64,000 bases of DNA from Amphiscolops sp. MND2022. Lineage: Eukaryota. The notes beneath the pieces are model-generated. The model saw only the letters and a program-made list of their open reading frames with translations, ran no database searches and had not been told where the DNA came from. Where the stretch lies: the NCBI GenBank assembly GCA_964187785.1, contig OZ076415.1, positions 48,794,001-48,858,000 of the forward strand. Reading direction: 5' to 3'. Positions 1-12,800 of the stretch are shown piece by piece. Position numbers and translations under genes: made by a program. Within the stretch, counting starts at the first letter, position 1; every line of letters begins with the position of its first letter.

Positions 1-874
1 GGACCATCTTCCTTGTCCCTACCACCCCAGAGACACCTTGTTTCTTATCCCCACAAAACGAAGTTGTTTCGACACTTGAAGCAAAAATTACCCGGATAAA
101 TTAAAATGAGCAACAAAAACGAGCTCCATTTTGAATGATTGACAAAAAAAATGAAACAATATCAGCCTTGTTTACAAATATGGCAATTTTTAAAAACAAA
201 TTTTCTCATGTTCCACTTTTTGATTGGGGTGAAATGAACGCACACTGGTAAAATAATTCAGGACTGAAAGTATACCTTTGCTCAAAAAACGTCTTGATGA
301 ATTGATAGAATGCAATTAATTTTTTTGACTCATTTGTGATGTCAAAATGAAAAATTGAAACTTGTTCTTAAGATCTCATTTTAATAATTAAATAATCGAA
401 TAATTCAACTCACGTCTTTTCATGAACGTTGTTAATTGATGCGACGAAATTGCTGATGACAATATTTTTGACGACGAAATTTCTGGATTTGCTAATACGA
501 CAAATTTTCTGACGATGAAACTTCTTGCGGCGAAATTTCCGCCTTCTCTTTTTGTAACCAATGAAAGGCTGTACGAAAAGAGTCAAAATTAGATAAATAT
601 CGGAAAATGTGGCATCTTTGGTATCATTTTGAGGCACTTTTTTCCAGTTGAATTCTGCGGAACAACCTCTATAATTTCGGTATATATCAACATATCAAAA
701 TTCGGAACTTTTTCAGAGCTGCAATTTTTCTTTCTGGCTTTAGATATTGCATGAAAATTTTAACCCAAAAGTCAGAAAAAGCAATATAAAACAATCTCAA
801 TTTTTTTTGATTTCGAAACACCATCAATTTGTTTCTTGTTCGCATGAATTTCTTATTCATTAGATATAACTGAC

Positions 875-3800
875 CTGTGAAAAGTCTTCTGTAAGTTGGG
901 TCAAAACTTATAGCAGTTATCTCCAAGTTTATAATTCTGCCGTTAATGTTCCACGTGTGGCATCCGCTGAACTGCATCAGTTTTTTGCCAGTTTTGTAGT
1001 CCCACACACAAACTGTGGAGTACTGGTCTGCTGATACTACTACCTCGAAAACGGGGTTATACAAAACACAGGTGACCCCCTTGCCATGTGATTTGGGATC
1101 TTCCATCTTTTTGGCGTCTTTTTTGGCAGACAGATTTCCGGTGCGCTCTCTGTACACGATCTCCTTGGTTGCGAGTAACAGTTTACCTGGAATGTTGAAA
1201 TGTTGAACAGGTTCGACGTAAAATTTGCAAATTGTGTTCTTGATAAAAGAATTGGGAAAAACTTTGCAGTGAGAAAGAAAATTTACGAAATTTGCAAAAA
1301 AAGCTTCAAAAGTTGTGGAATCAAATTGCATGAAAGAAAATACAAAAAAACACGGATGGTCTGAAATATAGACTCTGACCTTGAGTTAGTTTCCATTTGG
1401 TCTACTTTGACGTTTCTGTGGAATTCAGGCATTGCAGAAGCGAAATATGACCAAAATGTTGGCTGTCAAAAGTCATCGAGGTTTTTTCTAACATCTTTTT
1501 AGAAGTTCCAGTTTAGTTGTATTACAACAAATTAGCATTCAAACTTTTCTCGAAGGTTAGTTAATTCTATCAAGACATTATGCAATGTTTATGAAACCAC
1601 CTGTTGCAGTGTACAGTGTACTGCAAGTGTGTAAAGAAAGGCGTTTACCATCCTGAGGCGCGAAGAGCACGGCAGAAACGTCGTGAGGTTGCAAGTGGGG
1701 GTAGTTCGCGTTGAACGATTGAGTGACCTTGGTCTCGGGAATGTCCCACACTTTCACATAATTATCCGCAGAGAAGCTGATGACGTCATTTGAGGGATAG
1801 GTGACAATGTACTATCACTGATAAGGTTATCAATGACTCATTGGTTATGATATAATTGATGCTGACACTAAATTTGTATTCCTATATCACAGCAGTGTTG
1901 AGGAAACCCAGTAAAAGTCAAAGAAGTGTCATGCATTTTAAATGAAACTTTCTATTTGAAAACATTTGATTCTAAAACATTATTTTCGCAAATACTTTCA
2001 ATTTTTTAGTCGGTTTTAGTGTCATTTGTCAATCTGAGCTCAAATCTGAGCACTAGTGCATTTTTTGAGCTTCTCAAGCTCATTCCTTGTCCGAAACCCC
2101 TTATCATCCCATACTTGACTCAATCCTTCATTCCAGGTTACTTGCCATGCATTATATGATTTTTTAAAAAGGGATTGAAAGAAATAAATAGATAAACTTA
2201 TTTTGAGTGGCCTTTTTACCGATTTAAAGTAAGATAATATATCACCTGATAGGGACTTAAAAAGCAAAAATACTAACTAAAACCTAATATACTTGATGAT
2301 TTTTTTTGGTTCAGAGTAGAAACTCTATTTCACTGGATGTTTTAAAAAAATTAGTAAAGTGGTAAAAATTATTATTGGTATCCTTCTATCCCTGATGATG
2401 GTATTGGTGGGGTGATCTATGCTGAGGTATTCCACACGTGCGTTGTGTCCCACGAGGATGTTCAGGGGCTGACTGGGCATATAGGGGTCCCAGATCTTCA
2501 CCCTCTGGTCCACCCCCGCGGTGATTACCACATTCAGCTCTTCCGAATAGTCGAAACAAGTGATACCTTCAAAATGAATGAGAAGTTCGAGGTTGAGGTT
2601 CACTAATTGTGAAAAAGAGCGGAAAGGAAACAAACATGAATTGGAAGCCGTAAGAATATAAAGGTCAGTGAACACAATGAAATTTAAAGGTCAGAAGGTT
2701 CATTGAAAACACTTTACATGTAAAAATTATTCAAATTTTGATCGATTATTTTCCACTATACATGTATGTTTGACAAACATTTTGAATTATTTCTGTCGTT
2801 GTATTTTCCAAAATTGTCTTTTTTTAAATTAACGTGTGATGAAGTATAAGGCCCGACAATTGAAGTCATTTTTCGTCATTTCTTTCAATACTGTCAAAGT
2901 CAAGTGACCAAATAGTTCTACAGAAACAATACAATACTGTATGAACATTAAATTTGTTATAAAATTGAACAAAATTGTTTCCAATTAAGCATAAATCGCA
3001 TAAAAAACTGTCTATAATTCCGAAGCACATACCCATATTTACCTTTAGTGACATTAAACACATAGGGCGGTCTCCCATTTTCCCGCAAGAGGGATACGAC
3101 CATGGATTTTTTGGAAGACCAGGAGCAAGATATGAACTGTTTGGAAGAAGGAAGGTACATGATTTGTCTGGTCCAGCTGGCATGGATGTTCACGTGTTGA
3201 AACGATTTGCAGTGTGGGAATTTCCCACTGAAGTAGACATCCATTCCCATCTCCTTCTTGGAGTTCAAAAAAGCCTCTGTTGCGAAGCCGGTCATCTGCG
3301 ACTCGTACAGTTGAACTATGAAGACACTACCGCCTGAAATGAGACTCAAAATTTTTCCCCCTAAAAATCCAGGCCACAGTTTTTTTCGTTCAAAAATTTT
3401 GTTCGTAATTTTTCTCTCAACTGCAATTTGTCAAAGAGTGCCCACTTATTAGTGAGTTGATCGAGGGAATTGTGAGTTACCGATCGAACCAACCAATTGG
3501 AGACAACCTTTCTATATTAATTGTGGAACCTAAGTTGCCAAAAACGTTGGTTCCACTCATTCTACTAACTTTAGTTAAGGAAACTTTGCTACTATTCTAA
3601 ATAGGAAATAACGTTGGCCTGACGAGATACATCTCAGATACATTTTTTCGGCATTGTGAGACTTTTCTTCAATTTTTTCATAAGAGGGTTTCCAATGCAC
3701 CAATCCTTTGACATTTTGAAGTCCTTTTGCTATTTTTGAGCCTTAGATATGGCGCCGACTTGGGCCGTTCCCGGCTTGTTTTTTAAACAATCATTTCAGT

Positions 3801-6800
3801 ATATTATGAATCCATATTTTTCGACACACTCCACTCATTACACTCTAGCGTACCTGTATCACCCCAGAATAGTATACTGTGGTTTGTGTTTCTGTAGTCA
3901 TAGTGGTAGAAAAGACACTCAGCACTATGGGGCAGTTTGGTCACTGTGAACTGTCTCTCGAACTTGTTGATGTCGAAGAACCACAATTCGTTCAGAGTAG
4001 AGGCTACCACGATAAGGTTAAGGTTACTCAGCACTGCCAGGTCTCGACAGCATAGAGGCACGTACCCTCTTGAGGGACAGCGCATCTTGCGGATGTGACG
4101 CATGTCGTGGCTCCACACGTTCACAACTCCAGACTGAAACAGTGGATCTTGTCAAAGGGTGCTAATTCTGCCAAAATTGTGAATCCGATTTGTGATGAGA
4201 ACAAGCCGTGACCGGCCCAAGTCGGCGCCCCGCTCAAGTTTCTTGAATATGCAAAACATACTGTTTTAAAAATTCTATCACTTTCACAGTGCCGAAAAAT
4301 ACCCCAAAGTATACGCATAAGACTCGGAAACCACCTTTTCCCCAACTGGAAAGGAACAATCATATTTCGAAAAAAAAATTGGAAAAGTCTCATAGTGCCG
4401 AAACAAGAACTTTCAGCTCGAAAAACTACCTTTTCTCAACCCGAAATTCGTTACAAACGTGGGAGGGCACGTTTTGACCAAATGAAAGTTCCGGAAAAAC
4501 GCACAGAGCCAAAAAAAGCTTTAACAAAGTATGAAAAAGTATTGAGAATAAAGCAGCTGCTCGGTTAAGTTGAAAAAGAAGAAGGTGTCACAATCCAAAA
4601 AATCCAAATGGGGAGACCCTTCGGTTTCAAATGATTTTGTACCAACTCTAAATATCCTAAAAATCAAATGGGGGACCCTTTTGTAACATTGAAAGATTTT
4701 CCAAGAAACGTTATATCCGATATACGTTATATCCGGAATTTGTTATAACCGGTTTGCGTTAAATCCGGTATGGGTCTTGGTATTGTCGAAGGGGTTATTG
4801 TCTGATCGAAAAAAAACACTGACTAAAAGCCATGAATAAAGTCGACTCGTTTCTTAAGAAAAGCGTCGACTAAAGTAGGCATTTGTAATTTCGCATCTAT
4901 CATCAGAATTAGGGAAGCGAGATAGCTTTTCAAAAGAAGGAGAAAAACAATTTAAAATGAAAATTTTTATGTGCCAAAGATACTCGGTTGACATCAGTGA
5001 AAATTCAAGTTAGCAATGTTGCAAAAATATTATTATTAGTTGCGGCATGTAATGTTCGAGAACGGACTAATAAATAAAAATTATTAACTGTTATCTGATT
5101 AAATGTTATCCCAGATAAAAATTTGAAACTCTTGCCAAGGTCTTGCACTTTCTTACTTTCTTGCATACCGTTGCATACTTTTCTTGCACTTTCTTGCATA
5201 CCGTTTTTTATCTTTATAATTAACAGTTTTTCTGAAATGCATCCTTGAAAAATGAACAACCAAAAACAGCTGTAATTCCGTCAAACCAGTAATTCTGAGT
5301 AAAAGCTGAGTTTTCATTTTGTGATCATTTTGCGATGTCAATTCATAAGCAGGGCATTTTCAGAAAAGGTGTTGAAACAAAAAAGTTAGAGATCTGAATC
5401 AAAGGTACAGAATTTGTTGCAGGACTTTCTTGTTATGAAAACGGTTTCCGAAATATTGCATGATAAACTTCAGCCAAACGTCAAAAATAAGCTAAGTGTT
5501 ATAACTTTTGTAAATTTTGATCAAAACAAAAATTCCCTGTAATTCTGATCAAAATTGAACATTTTGTTTCTGGGACTCTTGTGTCAAATGAATATATGTT
5601 AAATGTTCTTGCGATTTAATTTTTAGTCAGCGAAACCTTGTGTATTTTGCTATTTGTTACCCTAGTGTATGCAGTACGTTTTGAGCAGAAAATGTTGAAA
5701 CTTATCCTCCAGAGAAAGTCACAAAAAAAACACAAAAATCAATTTTCTCCAATTTCAACCGTTTTACTGAATTTTCTTACATTTTTCGTGTTTTTATTAG
5801 GTATGAATCACCACAGCGATCAAAGACGCAATATTTGCTTCTTTAGCGAATTTCAGTAAAGAACGCTTTTATATAGGAAAAAACCATTAATTTCCTAATC
5901 GGAAGCTAAAAATTGTCAATTTCCGAAAGTTTGATGCTAAGTAACAAAACGTTTGGCTACTAAAAATCCTTGATTTCGAGAAACATTTATTCAAGGTAGT
6001 CCGTGAAACAAGACGCACCGTCCTGTTTAACAAGACGCACCGAAATAAATTAGCTACATTTTCTCAACGTTCGAGTGTGAGAACATCTATTTTCAATTGG
6101 TTTCACGGACTACCTTGAATAGATATTTCTCGAAATCAAAGATATTTAATAGACAAACCATTTGTGATTTAGCATCAAACTTTCTGAAATTGACAATTTT
6201 CAGCTTTTGATTAGGAAATTAATGTAATTTTTCTAATGTAAAAGCATTTTTTTTTCTGAAATTCGCTAAAGAAGCGACTATTGCGTTTTTGAACGCTGTG
6301 GTGATTCAAACCTAATAAAAATCCTAAAAATGTACGAAAGGTTAACACGGTTGAAATGAGAAATTTGGTTTTTGTGGGCTTTTTGTGCCTTTCTCTGGAG
6401 AAAAATTTTCAAATTAGGAGAGAAAACTCGAGAAAACAACATGTGCAGCTAGAGTTCAGTCGCGTTCGTTTGCAGGCGCTCGCTTTATTGTTGACAGTAT
6501 TACGTAATAGCATTCAATTTAATACATTGCAGAGCTTCATCCTTTGAATTTATCTTGAAATTGACATCTCAATCTTTGAAATGGAGTTATCGGATTCCGA
6601 AATGAAACAACTTGTACTCAAATTATCAGGAAAAATTGAGCAGCTTGAAGCAAAAGTTACTCGCCAAGAATCCCAGATTGTTACTTTGACAAATGAACTT
6701 ACGGATCTCAAAGAAAGGGTATCGGCGCAAGAGAGATATACAAGCAAAGACTGTATCATATTCTACAACTTCCCGATAGATGCTGCTTCAGATGATTTGG

Positions 6801-9800
6801 ATATCGACATGTGCAGGGCCATCAAACATCACTTCAATTATGAGCTGTCTGCAGGTGATCTGAAAGCCTGTCATCCTCTCAGAAGGCCCCAAAACACAGG
6901 TTTGAGCGTTCCAATAATAATAAAATTCATCTACTTCCGGGACAAAAACGAAATCTATGCCAGAAGGAAAATGCTCGCTGGTTTTCAGTTCAAAGGTAAA
7001 AATCTTTTCATTACTGAACGACTTCCTGCAGCTGCACTTGAAGTCAAAAAAGCATGTGAAGAAGAAAATTTAGTAACTACAACACACAATTGCGAGGTCA
7101 AAGTTTTTCTGAAAGACCCTAAAGGAATGGTTTATAGTCAAAAAGTGGGTTCAACTCTCGCAGTGAAGCAGTTAAAGGACAAAGCCATTAAACGGTAACC
7201 CAGAACGAATGACAAAGTCAGTATGCAGCGAAAAGACAATAAACGCAATTTAGAGGACGTTGAGAACGCAGAGACTAACAATATGAGTACACATGAGGCT
7301 ACGCCTATTATGAAGAAGCTCAACAATAACAATTCGCCAACACTGGAGGCACTGGGCGGCGCTAATGCATGCGAATGAAAGTGGAAACTCCAAATTTGAT
7401 TAAAAACTTTGCTGTTGATCAATCATTAGCATATTCTAGGTTATTAACGCTACTAGGCTTAAACATTAGGTCCTTGGGATTCCATCATGACGAGTTAAAC
7501 ATATTACTAAATACTTTTGAGCATAAACCGGTTGTTCTGGCACTAACAGAAACATGGATAGCTGAAAATGACCCCCTTGATGAATACGACATCTTAGGAT
7601 ATCAACCCATTGAATCTACCCCTAGGCTGAACTGCAAGAGAAGATCAGGCGGTGTTGCATTTTACGTCCAAGATGGCTATTATTTCAAGCCCATCGGCTT
7701 CAATACAGAAATTGAAAGTTCTATCATAGAAATTAGGCTAGACGATAACAACACCAAAAATGTTTGTGTCATCTACCGACCGGATACATTTCGAGTGAAC
7801 AAGTTTTTGGATCATTTCGAGAAACTACTCTATTTTCTCAGCTCACTCAGGTCAGAAACGGTTATTTTCGGTGATTTCAATATCGATACACTCATAGACG
7901 ACACTGAGAGTAGAAAGTACATAAATCTACTGAAGGCATTTGGTTTTGAAATTCAAATAATTTACCTACAAGGATAACAATCAACTCCAAAAGCTGCATT
8001 GATCATATAATTACCCAAAAAAATATTCAGACCGACACCATCAAAACTACCATAAGTGATCATTTCACAGTTATGGCTGATCTCGGTATCAAAACAGAGT
8101 CTTATAGTAATACAAATAGTTACACTTCCCGAAATTTGAGAAACCTAAAGAATGAAAATGCAATAAAATTTCTTTTCTTCTTGAATCATGAGTTAGGTAA
8201 AATGAACAAAGCTGCTCCAATTGATGATAAAGTTGAATATCTTGCTAAAACAATCATGAGATGTGTTGATAAATATGCACCCGAGAAAAAAATGAATAAA
8301 TTAACGCCAAAACAATCATGGATAACGAACGAAATAAAAAATCTAATCACAAAACGAGACGCACTGTTCGAAAAATGGATACTTAGTCCGACAGAAGAAA
8401 ACCATATAGCGTACAAAACTATACGCAACAAAGTTACTCACATTATAAGGACAGAAAAAAGCAAGCTAATTTCGACGCACTTGGTCAAAATCCTAGTCCC
8501 AAGAAAATATATGCAACGCTCAAATCTAAAAAACGACAGAGTGAGATGAGTAAATTTGCACCGGATGCGGATGCAATCAATGAATATTTCGCCCAGATTG
8601 GATCTGTTCTCGCTGCGGAAATTAAACCTATTGATAACAAAATTAAGATTAACAGAGTGAAAGACACAATGGTTACAACACCAACAAACTTACAAGAAAT
8701 TGCGAGAATTCTGAAGCACCTAAAAAACAAAAAAAGTAGTGGTCATGATGGAATCTCAAATGAAATTCTCAAGTGTTGCTCACCAGTCATAGAACCAATT
8801 CTTGCAGAAATTTTCAATGAGATGATTGAATTTTCGATATACCCAGATTGGATGAAATTAGCAAAAATTACTTCCCTGTATAAAAAAGGTGATAGAAACC
8901 TCCCAGAGAACTACCGCCCCATCAGTTTGATAAGTTCCCTAAGTAAGGTTTTTGAAAAACTTCTATTGAAACGAATGATGTCTTTTTGCTCAAAGCATAA
9001 AATTCTCACATCAGCCCAGTTTGGGTTTCGACCAAAGATGTCATGTGTACAAGCTATCATCAGAGTAACAGAATGTCTACGGGAGCAAATTGACAAAAAA
9101 AATGACTGGACAAGCATGCTTCATTGACCTCAAAAAAGCTTTCGATACTTTAAATCACGAAATTTTATTAAACAAGTTGGAAAATTACGGTTTCAGAGAA
9201 AAAATTAACGAAATTTTAGGAAGTTTTTTGAGAGACCGAAAGCAATATGTCAGATTGAATGAAATCGAAACTGATAAACTAACTGTCCAAATAGGTGTAC
9301 CACAAGGATCTGTTCTGGGACCGTTTCTTTTCCTTATATAAAATCAATGACCTTCCTGCTTCATGTGAGAAGGCAGAAGTAGCAATGTTTGCTGACGATA
9401 CGACTCTAATTAAATCAGGAAAAAGAGTTGATCCTCTTCTTAGCCAAGAAATTAATTGCGTACGGGATTGGTTCTTATCAAATAAATTGACAGTTAACCC
9501 TGAAAAATGTGAAGCAATGTGTTTTGGTTATGGGAAACCGGACACAATTAAAATCGGGGTCTCTGAATTGAATTATAAAGCATCCTGTAGGTATCTGGGA
9601 GTTCACTTGGATAAAAAACTCCTTTTCCGAGAGCACATAGATTATGTTGTAAAAAAACTAAATAAGTTCTGTGGTCTTATATACAGAGTCCGTCACTTTT
9701 ATCCACGGAAATGTCTTTTAATGTTTTATAACTCTTTTGCAAAATCAGTTATCTGCTATGGTCTACTGGTTTATGGTAGTGCAGCGAAAACAAATTTACA

Positions 9801-12800
9801 AAAAATTGATTGTGCACAGAGGCGAATATTGAGAGCAATTTTTTTCAAAAAGAAGTTTGATTCAATGGTCAATGTATTAGCAGACAACAAAATTCTCAAC
9901 GTTTTTGAACTTTTCATGGTGGAAGTAATTCAAGAGTTGTTCAAGCAAATTCGAAAGGAATCATCTTTGGAACTGTCTCTAACTTTTACTACAGGCAAAT
10001 CAATAAGCACTAGGAGGGCGGTCAAAGGATTTCTGGATGTACCTTGTAGCCAAACAATAGTGAAGCGAAAATCGTTGTCAAATACTATGATAAGAGCTTA
10101 TAATTGGTTGCTGGATTTTGATTTAATTCCAGAGAACTTAGGAGATTCAACCAAAAACCAAATCAAAATGTATATCAAGGACATTTTGTCAGTCTACATC
10201 ATGAACAATAGAGGTTTGATGGAAATATTTTACTAAAAGTGTTTTAGCAATACTTAATATTTAATTGTGCTGAGATTGATCAAATGGGCACAAACTTGAA
10301 GAGCACTGATGCTCATTTTGTGTCCACATTGGATTTTCTATACCTTTATGAATACTTTAATGTATGTCATGTATATTAATCCAATGAAATTCAATGTTTC
10401 AAAATTTTATGCATAGTCTGAGCATGCCTTTTCGTAGTAGCAAAATTACTGTAGACTGGACCCTACAAGATTGACCAAGATCTTTGTCGTTCCAAAAAAG
10501 CAAAGCAAGATGTCCAAATTTTCTGACCAGAGAGACCATTTTCACCTCTGTGAGCGGAATAAACATTAACCTTTTGTCATATTATCCTTATAAATCATGA
10601 ATGATCTTGAATGAGAAAATCTCCCTGAAAAGTTGAGACATTGCTAAAACATTATCACGTGGAAGGGGTGACTAGCCTTGACATGTTTACAACATGAAGT
10701 ATGCTTAAAAATCGAAAATTTTATAATAAAGTAATAAAAGAAAATCACCGGTTAAATCTTTTGGTATCAAAGCTAACTGCTTTCTCATGACAAATTGTAC
10801 AGTTAATTGCATTTCGGGGCATCCTGGAGGGCACTTATGATTCCGTACTGCCCTTTGTAGGGGCCATAAAGGTTTGAGTCTAAGCTGACCATAATGAAGG
10901 CCAAATATGACACCAGCTTGATTAGATTTTTGAAAATTGTTTTGAATGCCAAACTATATAAAGCCGGAAGGTCAGATCCTGGTCGGAAAACCAGGTACAA
11001 TTTACTCCAAAACATTTTTCAACACTCAAAATAAACAAAAAACGTTCAAAGTCGAAACACTTTTGACAACTGAAAATTAGTGCAACCCAAATTAGTGAAA
11101 AAACGTTCCATAGTGTCAAAACACCTGAAGTAGGACTCTTTACGCTCTAAAAGCGTACTGCGCTAAGTGAAAACAAAAGAAAATTGAAAAAATTGAAAGG
11201 GGACCCTTCATTGTAATATGAAAAACTTTTGAGATTGTGTGCCGAGAAAAAAGTACAATGTCGAAAGCCCAAAGGGGGGACACGTTGATTTTGTCTAGAT
11301 ATAAAACCAATTGGGAAGATCTTTTCCCATCCCCCAAGTGCCGCTCGCCGCGAAAAGCTGTAAAAAGTGGCATTTTCAGTGTCAGCTCTGTTCTTACAAC
11401 ATGCCCTGACTGAAAGTTTCGTGTTTTCGTGAGTAATCATCACCATTTTGATGGAAGTAATAATGCATTTACATGAACTTGTGAATATATGTGGAACAGT
11501 GATGAAAACCTCGTGTTTCAGGTTCTTATTTCAGGAACATGAATTTTTATACTTTCAAAGATTTAAATTCAAAGCCAAAAAGAGAAAAAGTATCTGCAAG
11601 CCATGGTTTTCTTTTACATCGAAGTACAGTTTACATCGAAGTCGGAAGTTGTTACAAAGTTGCAAAAATTTAAAATGAATAGCAGGCTTGGTTTAGATTA
11701 CAATTTTCATATTCGTCATGAAGTTGTTCAGTTTGTTCACGGATCTTTCTCGCATCTTCTTCCGAGTGAAGCTGTTTACTTCCGGAGTTCGGCTCAAAGT
11801 TGACAATCTGTTGCCGAACTCTCTCGGGTCCGCCATTCCCTTCTCGTAATCGTTTGTCGTCGTTTCCATGAATGGACAGCTGTCTTTGTCGGGCCAATAC
11901 AGAAGTCTCAAAACGTAACCACATCTCTTCACGTGATCTAATGTAGATATTCTTGGCTCGTAGAAAGACTTGTTTTCTTTTCCCGCCTCAGGTCCGCATG
12001 AAAATTTCCCTGGGTAATCTTCTGCCAGGGAATCAATGATTGACAGCTTCGGTGCCTTGGAATATAACTTTTCCTCTGAGAAAAAGCCGAACACGTCATG
12101 AAGCGAAGTTGATAGAGCAAACTGGCCTTCTTGTCGTCGACTCAATACGTCACTGATTGCCGGATGCACGCTGAAGTCTTTCAGGTGTGAATACTTTCTA
12201 AATTCACGCTCGAAAATGAAACTATTGTTGAACAATTTTTTCTGGCAGATTAAAATTCTAAAAAAAGGAATCAAGTGAATTTCGTTTCCTTTCGCCGAGT
12301 CAAAAATCAAGCTTTTCACCAGCAAGTGAATGGATTCGCGCGGGAAAAACACATTACCGTCAAGGGGTAATACCCATAGCGGGTTATATAACTTTATAGC
12401 AATCGAAATAGCGTAGTTTCTGGCAGAATTGACATTTAAAATCTGGTCTAGTCGTTCCGTAGAATTAGCCGAACATTCTGCGCTTCTGTAATACTCCTGG
12501 TTGAATTCTTCCAAGATTTTAACCAATCGCATCTCAGATTCGGAATCCATCATGCACTGAATGAGCCAAAAGCTTTTAATGCAACTCTGGGATTTTTGAA
12601 CTTCAATTTCATGGGTCAAAATGTGACGCAAATTCAGTTCCATCTGCTGAGGACTTTGCAAAGGCGGTAAACTGGGTCCCAGAATTCTAACTATGACGGC
12701 AAAAGTATTTGGCTTAGTTGAATTTTGGCTGGTTGTTTCACATAGTGACGGGTGGGTTTTCTGCTTCTCATGGATTATTCGTTCGGAATTGTAGTTTTGA

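Larger units (their letters stand above)
6430..10400 (+). mobile_element. Full-length, decayed non-LTR retrotransposon (CR1/L2-group LINE), copy 1
   Basis: ORF1 plus APE-RT ORF2 fragments. 3' UTR hairpin gggcacaaa...ttgtgtcc. Lies antisense in intron 3 of the WD40 gene. Ends are approximate. Confidence 0.9.
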
